From contig OZ249442.1 of the NCBI GenBank assembly GCA_965235115.1, forward strand, positions 17,484,001 through 17,548,000: a stretch of 64,000 bases of DNA, in the 5' to 3' direction. Made by a program: the position numbers and the translations under genes. The notes under the pieces were generated by a model that saw only the letters and a list, made by a program, of their open reading frames with translations, made no database searches and was not told the DNA's origin. The stretch comes from Laetmonice hystrix (lineage: Eukaryota). Below are positions 51,102-64,000 of the stretch, piece after piece. Positions within the stretch are counted from its first letter, which is position 1. Every line of letters starts with the position of its first letter.

Positions 51102-51205
51102 GAAGTCCGCTGGTTATTCTGTACATAGGCCTTCGAAGTCCGCTGGTTATTCTGTACATAGGCCTTCGAAGTCCGCTGGTTATTCTGTACACAGGCCTTC
51201 CAAGT
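51102..51205. repeat. Tandem repeat, 33-bp unit x3
   Basis: gaagtccgctggttattctgtaca(t/c)aggccttc at 51102, 51135 and 51168. Confidence 0.95.
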
Positions 51206-54200
51206 CGCCTCATGATTTTGCTAATATGGGATAACTTTTAAAGATGATGGGTTCATCTTCATTTTCAAGATAGTAATGTGATAATGAAACGCAGCCCAGT
51301 GACTTCCGCTGCCCCCTACTGACCCTAAAGGCCCGTAAAAACCCCTACTTCTGCGTGATGTCAGAGCCCCACTGTCCCCCGAGACCACTGCAAACAAAAG
51401 CTTATACAATATTGGAGTGCAATTCCGACATGCCGTCAACTGCACTTGTCACTTTTCTCGGGTCAGGCAGACTCATACGATTGGCCTGTCATCTTTGTGT
51501 GGATTAGCCCTCGGATTGTCAAAAAGCCACCCACCCACCCACCTGCCTGTTGCCTGTACAATTTACCATCACTGCAAATGACAGCAGGCCCCTTTTGCAT
51601 ACCAAGTAGACAAACACCAGAGATATAATTTCAATGCTAAACGGTTTACTCAGACTAAAAAAAAGAGGGAGAGAGAATTTAATTGCCCTTGTGAGGTGGC
51701 ATCGACATCGATTTGGGAGAGTGTGTAAGAGAGAGAAGAGGGTCGGGTAGAGAAGGGTGAGGGGACGTTGTCACCCGTTCGCTTTCACCGTGCTACGTAT
51801 CACGTTGACATGCATGGATGAACTGTCGCACGTCGCTCATCTTTCTCCAACCTGATGATGGGTAAGCGATCCAGGCGGGGATGTCCTTTCACACTCTACA
51901 ATGCCATCCTGTCTTTGAACCCGATCTGTCTATATGCCAGATCTGTAGCCGCACACGGAGGGCTGACCCGGAGCCTTTATGAAATATGACCATCCGTTTT
52001 TATCCCGCCACTCCCGCGTTCCCTTTGAAAGCAGGCAAGTTGACGAATGCCACAACATAAAACCGAAAGATACCATTGAAGCAAACTATTATCTGATCAG
52101 AGGTGATGTTTTTTCAGGGGTTACTTATGATGAAACAGGAAATGCATCCTGACATTTTCTCCGAGCGAAGGTCGAACAAAGCTTTCGATATGCTGATATT
52201 ATACCAACAAATGACGAGGCAGAATGTGTATTGGCGCACCGCAAACAACCTATATTAATGGGAACATAGCAAAGTTGAGCCCAAGTCATACATTTCCTTT
52301 GGAAATCGTATATACACTAAGAATATAAGTAAATATGGCAAGGTCAACACTGAAGATGAAAGACCCAAGTGGAAGGGGAAGTTCGACGTTGCACAAAGGC
52401 AACATTGCACCTGCCTTTGTCTCGGTGCCTTGCACCTACGTGCCCTCGGTTCAATCATACACTGCATCAACTTTGATGCAATTGTTTAGTTCACAGGGTC
52501 AAGCCCAGCTTTCTGAAACATTGAGAATAAATGTAATTTTACCATCTTATTTAGGCGCTAATGAAAACAGCTTGTTCGGGCCCGACACCAAACAGGGATG
52601 GTCCCTCGTTGGCTTTGTCATGGCTAACTCCTTTGGTCCCAGAAGCGATGAATTGAATGAGCCCTTTCCGGACAATTGTTTGTATGTTAATTGGCAGAGA
52701 AGGAATTGCATGGCCAACAATAGTCAGATATACGTATAGGGGCCCCGCGGGGGAAGCTATTGTTAACCACGCAGATCCTGTAATTGCATTGATTACTACC
52801 CCCAGAAAGGGCCATTGTTTTCACAAATGCTTTAAATGCTTATGAACCTTTCAACCTATTTTCACAGTTTGTCACCCTGGGATAAAACGTGGAAAATTGT
52901 GCTTAATGAAGGACAGTAATTGGTTGGGGACAGCTTTGTTTAATTAGCACTAACTTCAGCATCTCTGCTTTGTTGATTAGTGTATCACTATGTGGTGCTC
53001 GTGGTGCACCGCAAATGTTGACATATCAACATTCCAGCACAGACAACATGCCTTCTTCACCGACAACTTTTTAGCTCAGTAACACAACTAGACGCTCTGT
53101 ATTTGGCATGCCTGAAACGATTAAGAGTGGTATCACTACATTAAGAGCGAACTTATTCCACTCAAGTATAAAAACAGCGGATTTGATAAACGTGGATCAA
53201 TAAGTCCAGATGGCCTATGTAGAAAAAAGAATTGCCTCCGAACGCGTGAAAGCTGGGAGAAATATTGCGCCCCCATCTGAGTTAACAAGCAGATCAAGAA
53301 GCCTCATCTTTTGTGACCAGACTCCACTACGTTCAACAAAAACGTTTTAACATCGGTACATAATGGCTTCCTGAAATAAAGTTACAGTCAAATGACGAGC
53401 ACAAAAAAATACATAAAAAAAGAAAGAAAGAAAGAAACGACAGCAGACCACAAGTAAACATGTGCAGTTTGCATTAGGGAAAGAAAAGTTGGACGTGAAG
53501 GAAGGACATTTGAAGTCATGCACAGTGATCTACATTGTACTGCGACATCTGAGTAGTTACGACGCCAGACTTTGTAATGGCCTTATGCCTTATAGCTGGA
53601 GGAAAAGGTCACGTTTTCAGCACCTTTCCCTGTATTCATGTATTCATTAAAATCTTCTTCTGATATATTCTTGCCTATAAATGACCTACCTATTTCAGGT
53701 ATTTCTTTCAATCAGGATTGACTGCAAATCCCAACAACATGAAAGCAGTCCTGTTTCTCGCAAGTAATGAATCACTTCCGTAAGTTCGCCACAGAGCACA
53801 CATCCCTGACAGATTGCTAAGTGAAAATTACAGGCCCCACAACATATAGATGAGTGCTTGATCTAAAGGAATTAACCTCATCGGAGCCTAAAATAAGTTT
53901 TTTCCCATTTCTGAATGTTGTAAGACTGGCAAGGCTGGCTTTGACGTGCCATTAGACCGGTATATGTTAGTGAACTGGGTGCCATGTTTGGCACATTATT
54001 ATGTAGACAGTTACTTACTTATGCACCGAGTGGTCCAGCATTGCTGTAACGGTTTGCCGTAATGCCTCAAACAAGTAACTTCCCCTTTACCACAGCCTGT
54101 GATATTCCGTGTTACACAAACTCGAAGCGACTGTTCCACAATGTGGCTAAGCAACCGACACTAAAGGCAAGGATGTGGACGAATGGGGGCAACTAAGATA

Positions 54201-57200
54201 TAAAAAAGTGAAAATTGCAAGCAGCCCCCTTTGGCCTTGTGCCACAGAACTGTGTTCGAAGTGACAGATGATGGCGAATTTAACACTAAAAGGGCCGCAG
54301 TGTCAGGGGGGAATGAGGTGACATCATCATTCACTCTTTGCCTTCTTCTGGACAATCCAAAATACGATGGCATAATGTCACATTTAAATATTGAAAATAA
54401 AGAAGTCTTCAGGCAGCATCCCAGCTGGTGTCTCACATAATAACTGTCACTAAAAAACTCAACCTTTATCCTGGTTTAAATGACGCAACTAATCACGCTT
54501 CGCACCAGCAATTCCTACACCTCACCGCAAAAATACAACCGCGGCATGAAAAACTTCGTCTGCATCAATTTATTGAAGAAATGCGCGGGAAATGGCCGCA
54601 AGGGTTGGTATGGCATCGGTGGGCCGACTAAAACAGTGTCTGTAAGCTCGGTGGCAGCGAACCAAGACCCTGAGTGACATCGATCGCCATGGGGCCACAT
54701 TTCAGTTTAAAAGGATACAAATTTCAATACTTGGAAACCAGTGCCATAACACATGGAATGCAGGCAGCCAAGTCCCTAATTACATGCAAAAACATATTGC
54801 ATGACAAGAGGATTCTTTTAAAAATTTCAATTTAAACCATTATGCGTTGTTTTCACTATTAATTTCATGTTGAATCGATGAATAGTAGGCTTGGGGCAGT
54901 TCCCACGGATACATATAATGTATCCAGAGGGGAGTGACACTAACATCTCAACCAACATAATATCCTTAGCTTACTGGAATTATCAACTCCATGCCATCAA
55001 CTTGAAAGCGTATGTTTCACTTCTAGTCTCGACTCGCTGGCCTTGGGTCATCAGTGAACACTTCCACAAACAGTTAAATCCAAGCAAGGCAGGTCGATCT
55101 CCTTCCTGCTTGAGGAGAACCTCCCCTTACAGATCCACTACTCCTGTCTCCCTGCTCAAACTGATTCTCCAAGACCCCCTCCCCCGGGCTGTCTCTATAC
55201 CTCACCCACACACAGTGTATATAAAGACTGGTGTGGCTCAGCTGCTGGCCAGGACTTCATGTGCCAACTGCCAGGAAATGTCTACACTTGTCTGGAAATG
55301 CCCAGAACTGGCCCCGACTGACACTACAGCAGTTTATTAACCCCTGCCCCTTGGGTGTGGTAGACACATGCCACCCTCCCCTCCCATCTCATCGGCTGCC
55401 GTCAAACCCCGGGGCTCGGATCGTATTTGTAGAGTGAAGTACCACCAGTAGGAGGAGCCATCCTTCCAGTTTAGTTCTACCTGCCTCCCCGATTTACAAT
55501 GTTTACAAAAAGCGAACAAGGCGATCACACAGTCGGGATCCACACCCAGGTCCCGATACATTCAGCGTGAGAAGCAGATGCTTCAGACGCTTCCTTTACG
55601 CCAAGAGTCACCCGCGGCCTCTCCTCCCCCAGGGGTCGCGACCTTCTGATCCCCATGGTAACCGGGAAATGGCCTGTGAAGCCATAAACCGCCCTCCCCG
55701 TAAATCAGTGTCGCAAGGCAAATGGTCACACAGATATTGTGTAGGCAGAGCGGAATGGGTTTTTCTGAGGCTGGTCGAAGCATCGGTCATTTCTACACCC
55801 CCTTTACCGCGCCTCTTTTAAAGAAAAATCCGACATTATCCCGACTGTAGCTATGCTATCAGCAACTCGCTCTTTGCCTCCAATCCATACACCAAATGAT
55901 CGTGGTTATTTTGGCCTGAATTTGTGAGGAATATTTGCTGACCTCCCTGGTGACCTGTCCTTGTTGTTCCTGTCCTCGGGGTCACTTTACGACGCTGCTG
56001 TGGCAAGTGGGAGTCAATTACATAAAGCGGCACCACTATCCAGGAAATGGAACGGGCACGCGGAGAAATCTCGGTGTGACAGCTGCCAGCCATTGTGTGT
56101 GAACTTGAGAGATATTTCCTGTCAGAGGCAAAACGTGCCTGCATCAGTCTGCACTTGGTGGGCATCCTTACTCATCCACGCAACTACTCACTCTCTCTCA
56201 CTCACTCAACTCATTCCCATCTGTAACAGCACTCAGTCCAATTTCAATATTCTAAGAAAAATTATATCCAGGATGCCATCCCATTATTTCAATATCCTTT
56301 TGCGTGTAAGAATTTGGAAACCGGTAATGAATGGGTTGGCATCGCCTCAGCCCACAGGTCAGCATGGTCAGGTGGCTGATAGGCAGCGATAATCGTCCAT
56401 ACATTGTCCTGCTCCTAATGTGGCAGATTAACCCTTTACTCCCACCCGTACCCAGGAGGAGGTCACGCACCGGGAGAGCCTCCAGTGGACGCCAGTTAAC
56501 CCCCTCTAACCCCGGGGTGGTAAGGAGACGCAGGAGTTGTCCTATTAAACCGCAATTATTGTCGCCCACCGTGCTGCAGCAGCTAGCAGCCATTCTAACA
56601 AGGGCCTGGTCGGTAATTGCCGATTCAGCAAACATCGTACTGCCGATCGTATCAATCCCCCCACCCCGCCCCCGCCCCCAGGCCGGGCCACTACTGCAAC
56701 CCCTCTCCCACTCAAATAGGCCATTCATTACCAGGATGGGTTTCCTAGCAACAGATGATGCAGGTGAGAGGGATAAAGATGGCACTATTAACAAGGTGTT
56801 GATCCCAGGCTGGTAGAGATAGTCAGGGCAGGTGTGGGATTCCTATGCTATCGGGTGCGGGCTTGGCTTGGTTATAACGTCTTTAAACCCCTCATTCCCC
56901 ACATCTATACCCACCCACATCGCTCTCCGACCTGCTATCGGTTTCAATGCTACATTCTAGATATCAATTAAAAAAGGTAGTTGTTTCTGACTCTAAATGG
57001 GGGTTCGCTCGTTTTAGCTCCAAAATGAACTGGTTGCCCTCCGCAGTATTTGGAGTGAGAATCCTTGTGAGTAGATAGCCAAGTCCTCTTGGATGCATGC
57101 TCAGCTTCAACAGACTGACCGTTACTAAGTTGGTGGACACTAATTAAACCAAGCTGCCCCCTGTCTGTCTCTCTCTGTGCTCCATGGTCAGAGCCAGACC

Positions 57201-59391
57201 ACCCCCACTCTTTGTGTGCCCCTGACCGCCCACGATAAGCCCATGCATACCCCCACCCCCATCTACAGCCGTGACTAGACATTTATCAATGCCCTGATTT
57301 ACTTCTACATGAAACACGGGGAAAAATTAATAATATTCAGGTTGCATGCGCTGCCGTGCCAGCAAGCCATGGTTGCATGCTCAACCTCCGGTGCCCTTCC
57401 CATGTCGCCTCCACTGGCCCCCACACCCCGCCCCCCGCACCATTCTGACCGCTACTTCCCTCTCATCACAGAGAACCTTCGACGAGATCATGCTCGTCGA
57501 GCGTTATTAATTATTGAGAGTTATTAGTGTAGCATTGTGTGAGGCCGTGGGGTCGCGAGCCGTACAGCAGCAGGTCTAACAACGCCCTCCCCCATCTCCC
57601 TCCCCCGACCTCTGCCTCATGGCCGACCTGATGATGGCTGCCGGATCCACGTCATAACGGGACGCACTCAGTCTCATCTTCAATCAAAACTCATCACTGA
57701 TCACAAAGTACCTGAGAGAGTATACACAAAAGACAACTGTGCTGCAGATATAGTCTACCACCAACGATAGAACTTGGGACAAAGAACCTGTTTCTGGGAC
57801 TGAAGCGGTTTACGTAGGCAGTAGGGCCTCCGAGTGCCGCTTGTCTTTCACCTCACCATCACAAATCAAACACATCCATTGTGACACGATTCGAAAACGC
57901 TCTGCCATTCAAAGAAATAACCTCGAAGTAATGCTGCCATCCTGAAACCTTTTAAGTGGGCACCTTCCTACCCCCTCCCCGATTTTTATTTCCCCGAATC
58001 ATGTTTTTGAAGCTCTTTGTATCCGCCGCCAGACGTCGCTCCGTAGTCCGTTCCGTCTGTTCCGTCATGGATGTCGTATTGACGTGTACCGAGAAGCAGA
58101 CGACAGATGACGGATCTCTCTTTGAGAACCTGGCCCACACCCGATGTATGCGAGTAAAGATTTTGGCAGCCTGTCACTACTTTGGGAGACTTCCATATAC
58201 ACTGCATATTGCCCTTATCCAAGATTTATGGAATGTTTCGATCGAGGGGGTAGGGGTGGGGGCCGGGGGGTGAACCCAAGGGCCGGCGGCAGGTGGCGCT
58301 CGCTACCCGGTTCACGTGAGTTAGGATCCAGGAGCTGTCAAACTCCCAAAGTCCGCGGGAATTCATACATCATATTCTTTGATTATTCTACGCGCAGCCA
58401 GCTTCTGCCAATACCTAACGCCGGTGGAAGCAGAAGAAAGCAAGATGCGACTCTTAACTCCACCCTTCTTAAGTCCTACAAAAGACCACTATTGCTCCTT
58501 CACCTAAAAATCAATTTTTACAGCTTGTTTTTGAAATGAATTCTCATCTGCAGATGTTATTGAAGCGCATTTTCTTCAAACGGAGCATGTAGACAGCCAG
58601 GTGCAGAATCAGTGTTGGAGTTTTCCTTTTAATGGCTACTCAAGGACTACCTTCTCCGGCAAAGATCTGTGTGTGAATAGAAAACCTTGCCTGGTCAATC
58701 AATCGAACCAGTCTCCAACCAAACACATGTAATATTTATATCTCTGTATACACTTCTATTCGCTATAGAACTGGGCAAAAAAAGCTTTTGTCCACTAAGC
58801 CGAGCAAACACATAGAGAGTCCATTTGGCATTTACAAATAGTCCGTGCAATCGGGAAGAGCTTGGATGCTCCTCGTATTGTTCTTAGAGGGATGTGAAAT
58901 CAGTGCACAGCAAACACTGTCAAGATGGCTGTGCTTGGCCACAGAAACCAAAGCCTGTCTCCTCGGCTTGGACATGGTGCGAGTAGCGAGGGCCAGTTAC
59001 ACTCTAAATATCATAATAGCAGGTGATGGTGGAAAACCTACAGAGTGAGGCAGGCCAGACTGTCCTCTACCAGTACTGGCCGTGGGGATGGGGAGGGGGG
59101 CGAGGGGGGCCGTCTCTTTATCAATGTTTGCTCCGTCCACCAGAAATGGATTTTGGTTTAATCGGTGCCCGGCCCCTTCCTCATCCATCTTTAAAGTATC
59201 TTCAGTGCATACGGCCATCCGGGGGACAGGCGTGTTCCCGCACAAAAATATGGCCTCGTAATATCAAAATATCGACACGGGCCCCTGTATAATTTATGAC
59301 AGCTGAGGCATAACGTTCCCGTCAGCCGAGGTTTGGCGGATTAAAAATTCATATATTGTGTATGGTAATCAATTCTCATCAAGCTGCAAGC

Positions 59392-59830
59392 GATATAACA
59401 TGGGATGATGAGGATGGCGCGGGCCCACAGCGAGTCTGTGATATAACATGGGATGATGAGGATGGCGCGGGCCCACAGCGAGTCTGTGATATAACATGGG
59501 ATGATGAGGATGGCGCGGGCCCACAGCGAGTCTGTGATATAACATGGGATGATGAGGATGGCGTGGGCCCACAGCGAGTCTGTGATATAACATGGGATGA
59601 TGAGGATGGCGCGGGCCCACAGCGAGTCTGTGATATAACATGGGATGATGAGGATGGCGCGGGCCCACAGCGAGTCTGTGATATAACATGGGATGATGAG
59701 GATGGCGCGGGCCCACAGCGAGTCTGTGATATAACATGGGATGATGAGGATGGCGCGGGCCCACAGCGAGTCTGTGATATAACATGGGATGATGAGGATG
59801 GCGTGGGCCCACAGCGAGTCTGTGATATAC
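59392..59830. repeat. Minisatellite, 48-bp unit x9
   Basis: gatataacatgggatgatgaggatggcg(c/t)gggcccacagcgagtctgt. The T variant occurs in copies 4 and 9. Confidence 0.98.
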
Positions 59831-60532
59831 ATGATGGCGACGGGATTCGGGCTGGGATTCGACACTAGGGACATCATGGGGGAAACCGCCCCCAGATCCC
59901 CCCCCGGCGTCCCCTAACAACCCACCCACCCGCACCATTCTGCCGTCAGGGTTGCTGTGCAGTCAGCCTCTACATGGAAACATTGTATATTGATTGAGAA
60001 ATCAAGGTGCTCCGCCACTGACAAGTACATCAGTCATTCTTGTGTCATTTGCATTGTCCCTGACTACCACTTAACATTTCCAACGGGTCTGGGGGGTGAC
60101 AATAACCTCTCCACATGGCTGCCGTATTCCAGTAGGCGGCGAGCCGCTATATACCAGCCTCACACCGGTCCTACCCGACCGTCCACCACCAGACCCTCCC
60201 GGCCTCCCTCTCCGCCTCCCTCTCCGCTTCCTCAATCCCTCTGTTTCCCGCAACTGCTGATAGCGACACTCATGAATTTACAGCAATTTTTATCATTTTT
60301 GCAGCACAATGAATAAATTCATGACGACCGGTTGCCGTGACTGAGCAGGTTGGGTGGCTGTGTATCTGGGGGAGGGGGTGGGGGTCAGGGGGAGGCGGTC
60401 AGGGGGGACAGAAGCCGGGGCAGGGGGCTGGCCGACCAGACCATGCGATCATAGCATGGAGACCCAGACCCACTGGAGCAATAGGCCGAGCAACCTGCAG
60501 GAGGAGCGCAACCTACTGGAGCAAGCAGCCTC

Positions 60533-60710
60533 CTGGCCGGCTTGTTGAAGCTGACTGGAGGCTGGCCGGCTTGTTGAAGCTGACTGGAGGCTGGCTGGTT
60601 TGCTGAAGCTGACTGGATACTGCATGACCGGCCGGCTGGCTGGCTGGATACTGGCCGGCTGGCTGGCTGGATACTGGCCGGCTGGCTGGCTGGATACTGG
60701 CCGGCTGGCT
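60533..60710. repeat. Two adjacent short tandem repeats: 29-bp x3 (60533..60619) and 23-bp x3.4 (60632..60710)
   Basis: ctggccggcttgttgaagctgactggagg and ccggctggctggctggatactgg units read directly. Confidence 0.9.
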
Positions 60711-61814
60711 TGGGGCTGATCCTAACTACTGGCCACCACTCACAGCCAACAGGGCACTGGCCAGAATTAACATTTCAATGTGACTTCTGACATATATAGA
60801 AAAGTATTTGAACTGGAGGCTTGAATGTATGAATGCTAACACGTTATGGGTCAGTGAACTCGTTACTGAGAACAACGCCTTAACTTCTGTGCAAAAACAC
60901 TGAAAGCGCTTATTCGGAAACACGCCTATTATTTCTGAAATGATATCTCAACTGTATAAACCCAATTCTATTGTGTTTTACTTGTGTTTTAATTCTGTCT
61001 CTCAGTCTGCTGCCTCTCACAGTCCTGCCACTTCCTGGAGACAAACATTGACAAGTAACAGCAAAGGTTGACAGAGAAAACTATCATGACGACATGAACG
61101 CTGTCACTGCAGTTTGCGAGTGGCCATGAGGCCTATTGTGATGAGACCTACTTTATAACGCCAGGAACTAGGTTAGATCGGCCTCTATATACCTATCTCC
61201 TTCTAGGATAAATGTCTAGGAATTCCAGGCAAGGTCGGGTCGTCAGGGAGACGGCGGGTACCAAGGATATGAGGCCGCCACCATCTATTGGCTGTGAAGC
61301 CACACCGGCCTCGCCTGATCAACCCGCCCCAGTGATGTGGCCACGACATGTAGCAGTAACGTGGCGCGATGGAATGCGGCAAATTTGTCAGCTTCCCATG
61401 GATCTATCCGACTACATCCCCCATCCCCCTCCCCCCTGGGGAGAGGGGACACTTGGGGTTAAACGTGCCGACCCTCTCTGATCTGGAGGGGTTGAGACCA
61501 GCAAGGGGGTGCGAACGAACGGAGGAAGGGGTAAAACCGTGCCCAGCGGCAGAAGCATTCCACCGGGGCGGGGTAGCGGGCTTACCCCTGCTCCTAACGA
61601 GACAACCCCCCACTGTCCGATCTCAACCCAACCCTAGTCCACGCTGTGCCCCCATCACCGTCAGCTAGGCACCCCTGGCTTCTGCTCCGCCACATCGTTT
61701 ACTGTTTACACTGAGCTCACCCTACGTCTCTGATGGTCATTTAATGGTCTGCGCCCTACACAGGACAGGAGCACTGATTTACCTAACTTAACAATACGAC
61801 ACCAATATAGGTCT

Positions 61815-61894
61815 AATACTTCGTGAAACCTCTGCTTGGCCTCACTATCTCACCAATACTTCGTGAAACCTCTGCTTGGCCTCACTATCTCACC
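61815..61894. repeat. Perfect 40-bp tandem duplication
   Basis: aatacttcgtgaaacctctgcttggcctcactatctcacc x2. Confidence 0.95.
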
Positions 61895-62882
61895 AAACCT
61901 GACTTCAGACCACATGTTTACTTATTATCCCACTGTCATCTTGTCTCCACGCCCATAATCCTGCGATCTGTCTTTCAAATTCAACTCACCCCCTAAATTA
62001 AATAACATTACTTAAAAAACACAGTATGTGTAACCAAACAATTGTGTTGTCAACATAACTTAAGCAGAGCATGACATGAATATGAGACCAGCCGTTGTTG
62101 TCAGAGGACATGACTTGCAAGATTTTAATTACGGTATTATACTTGTAGCAGTGTGCAGGAGGTCTGGGTGGGGTGCGATCTATGTCTGATCCCCCACTCC
62201 CGACGCCTACCTTTTATTCTAGGTCCCTGGTAATGTTGTGTTGTGGTTGTACCACCAGCGGTTGTTGTGTGGTCGGCGGTACCTGTTGTCCCTGTCAGGC
62301 TGTGGTGGGTTGAACCCGTCCCCAGCTGGTGAGACCCGTCACCGCTTCCGTGTGACAGGTCACAGAGGCCGTCATATAACAATGGGATCCGACGGGGATC
62401 ACACGCGGCAAGCAACGGGTGGGAGGAGGCGGCGGTCGCTCGGTGGGGTTCCGTACGGCGGTCAGGTGTCGCCATCACAAAGCACCAAGTGCTCGGCTCT
62501 CGGAGACGCATGGCCATTGTATACATGTTATATATATCTGGATCACTGTAATGATCTCCTGATCAGGTCACAGGGAAGTCGCTCCATGTGCTGCCTGCCA
62601 GGGTGGGGGCACGAGTCAGGGGTGGGTGCAGGGAGACGTGGGTTAACTCATCAACCCCACCTTCACACTCAACTACAAATGACATGTCAAAAGCCAGGGA
62701 TTTGGCCAAGTATTGACACTAATAAGTAAATGTGAAGGTTTGACTGAGTCATCAGCGCCGGAGTGACCGGGACTGGCAGGCTGTGCCGGCCGACGACACC
62801 GAGTGAGTCTGTCCGTGCAGGACTCCACGGCTAGCCTCACACACCGCCGCCGGGAGGTGGTTCACGGCGGCACTGAGCTCCT

Positions 62883-62896
62883 CCAGCAGGTGGCAC
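62883..62896 (+). promoter_or_regulatory. Candidate CTCF site
   Basis: CCAGCAGGTGGCAC matches CCASYAGRKGGCRS at all 14 positions. Motif match only. Confidence 0.3.
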
Positions 62897-64000
62897 AGAG
62901 CAGCTCACCCATCCTCCGGGAGAGAGACACGTTAATCCTCCAGTGCCTCTCGTGTGTACCTCAACCACAACCCAACCTCAAACAATAAAAAATAAACAAG
63001 AAAACAAACACAAAAATCAATTGCTCACTAACCTTTGCCCTGCCACAAGGCGGTGTTAGCCAGTCGACTCCAGGCCATTGAACCCAAGGTTTGTGTCTCA
63101 TGCCCCGCTGACATTTCCTGATAATATGGCTTCCAATGCTGCCACACAACTTCAGATGACAACTCCACAGGCAATCAACGCCTGGCGGGCCAATAACCCC
63201 CAAACACACAGTGGACAATCGCTGGGTCGGACCATTGTTTAACCCCCACCCCCGCCTGGGACACCAAGGTGGCATTCCCCCCTCCCCCCTCCCACCTAGA
63301 AATCTCCCAGCATTCATTACCACTCGGCCTTCCCTCATTGTTCTGGCAAACTAACACTACACTGGGATGGCTCCAAAAATAGACACCACTTATCCTGGGA
63401 ACGCTCGTGCGTGTCCTTCTCTAGGCAGTCACGCATCATTGGGTCTCCCATTATCTACAGGACAGCTCAGTCATTATCATTCAAACATACGGGTATACAT
63501 GTAATAAAACTCAAAATTTGTATTTGGCCAAATAATCATATCAATGTATGATGCGGACTTATAATAGAAAACAACCATTTTATAACCAGAGATTACTATG
63601 GGCCATGGGGAACATCAGTGGTACGTGGTCGGAGGTCAAGATGGTGTCGGTCGGCAAGGAAAGCTAGGACCCCACTGACGGCAGCTGACAGACCTGCGTC
63701 CTCCCGGCTGGGTTAGCGGCCAGTTGATCCCTTACATAATCCCACATAATCCGCCAGGTCTCACGGCCGTTCCTCCTCGGCATGGAAGCCGGGAGCTGTC
63801 GACCTACCGCGCGCTGTTCAAGAGGCGTACGTTCTGCGGCTTGCCTTTTGACAATAAACACAGCGTCAAGACGGCGTAGGGTTCAGTCACGGTAAACTCA
63901 CTCACCCTCGCACCCCCCGACCAACCCCATCCACGCTTGTCACCCTTCATTGGTGAAGAAAACCGCCGCAATTTTTTCTCCCCCGTCACATTTCGGAAGA

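Noticed and set aside
58020-58070. TCCGTCTG/TCCG-rich stretch (also GGAT/GGAC at ~50361..50388) like the microsatellite core of Helentron/DINE-type elements
   Set aside because: No subterminal inverted repeats, no 3' hairpin and no second copy found. A repeat-library search would be needed.
59341-59938. Three long repetitive ORFs (170-189 aa; DITWDDEDGAGPQRVC, CYITDSLWARAILIIP and MLYHRLAVGPRHPHHP repeats)
   Set aside because: They come from a 48-bp (3n) tandem unit. A 16-codon frame is stop-free about half the time, so three open frames out of six is expected. There is no synonymous-biased variation and no recognisable domain.
63804-63989. Minus-strand ORF ending LSKGKPQNVRLL, faintly like SRRKQAKPQHL
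   Set aside because: Lacks the RRKQ core, is not at an N-terminus, and is followed by a stop instead of a phase-1 donor.

Overview
Eukaryotic genomic DNA, most likely from an invertebrate bilaterian (inference: CpG is not visibly depleted and the protein is Spalt/SALL-type but not vertebrate-like in exon layout). It comes from a scaffolded assembly with one 218-N gap. I can support only one coding exon: 1047 nt on the minus strand (37727..36681, phase 1 at both ends). It encodes the N-terminal part of a Spalt-like (SALL) transcription factor: the C2HC zinc finger, an acidic linker, the SNVxLxxLxxTKVAxAQF motif and the Q-rich helix. By eye I found neither the MSRRKQ first exon nor any C2H2 double-finger exon, so the other ~63 kb is probably intronic or regulatory sequence of a very large sall locus. 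That non-coding DNA holds about a dozen tandem repeats, including an 18 x 53-bp array with a 3-unit higher-order period. It also has an unusual excess of long G/C homopolymers and several tight motif clusters (five perfect nuclear-receptor DR1 elements, two TCF/LEF pairs, a four-E-box cluster, a Pbx-Hox cluster) that are candidate enhancers. I found no rRNA, tRNA, CRISPR array, transposase or reverse transcriptase, and nothing that I can support as a wholly new biological system. All motif counts were made by eye and the chance expectations assume uniform base composition.
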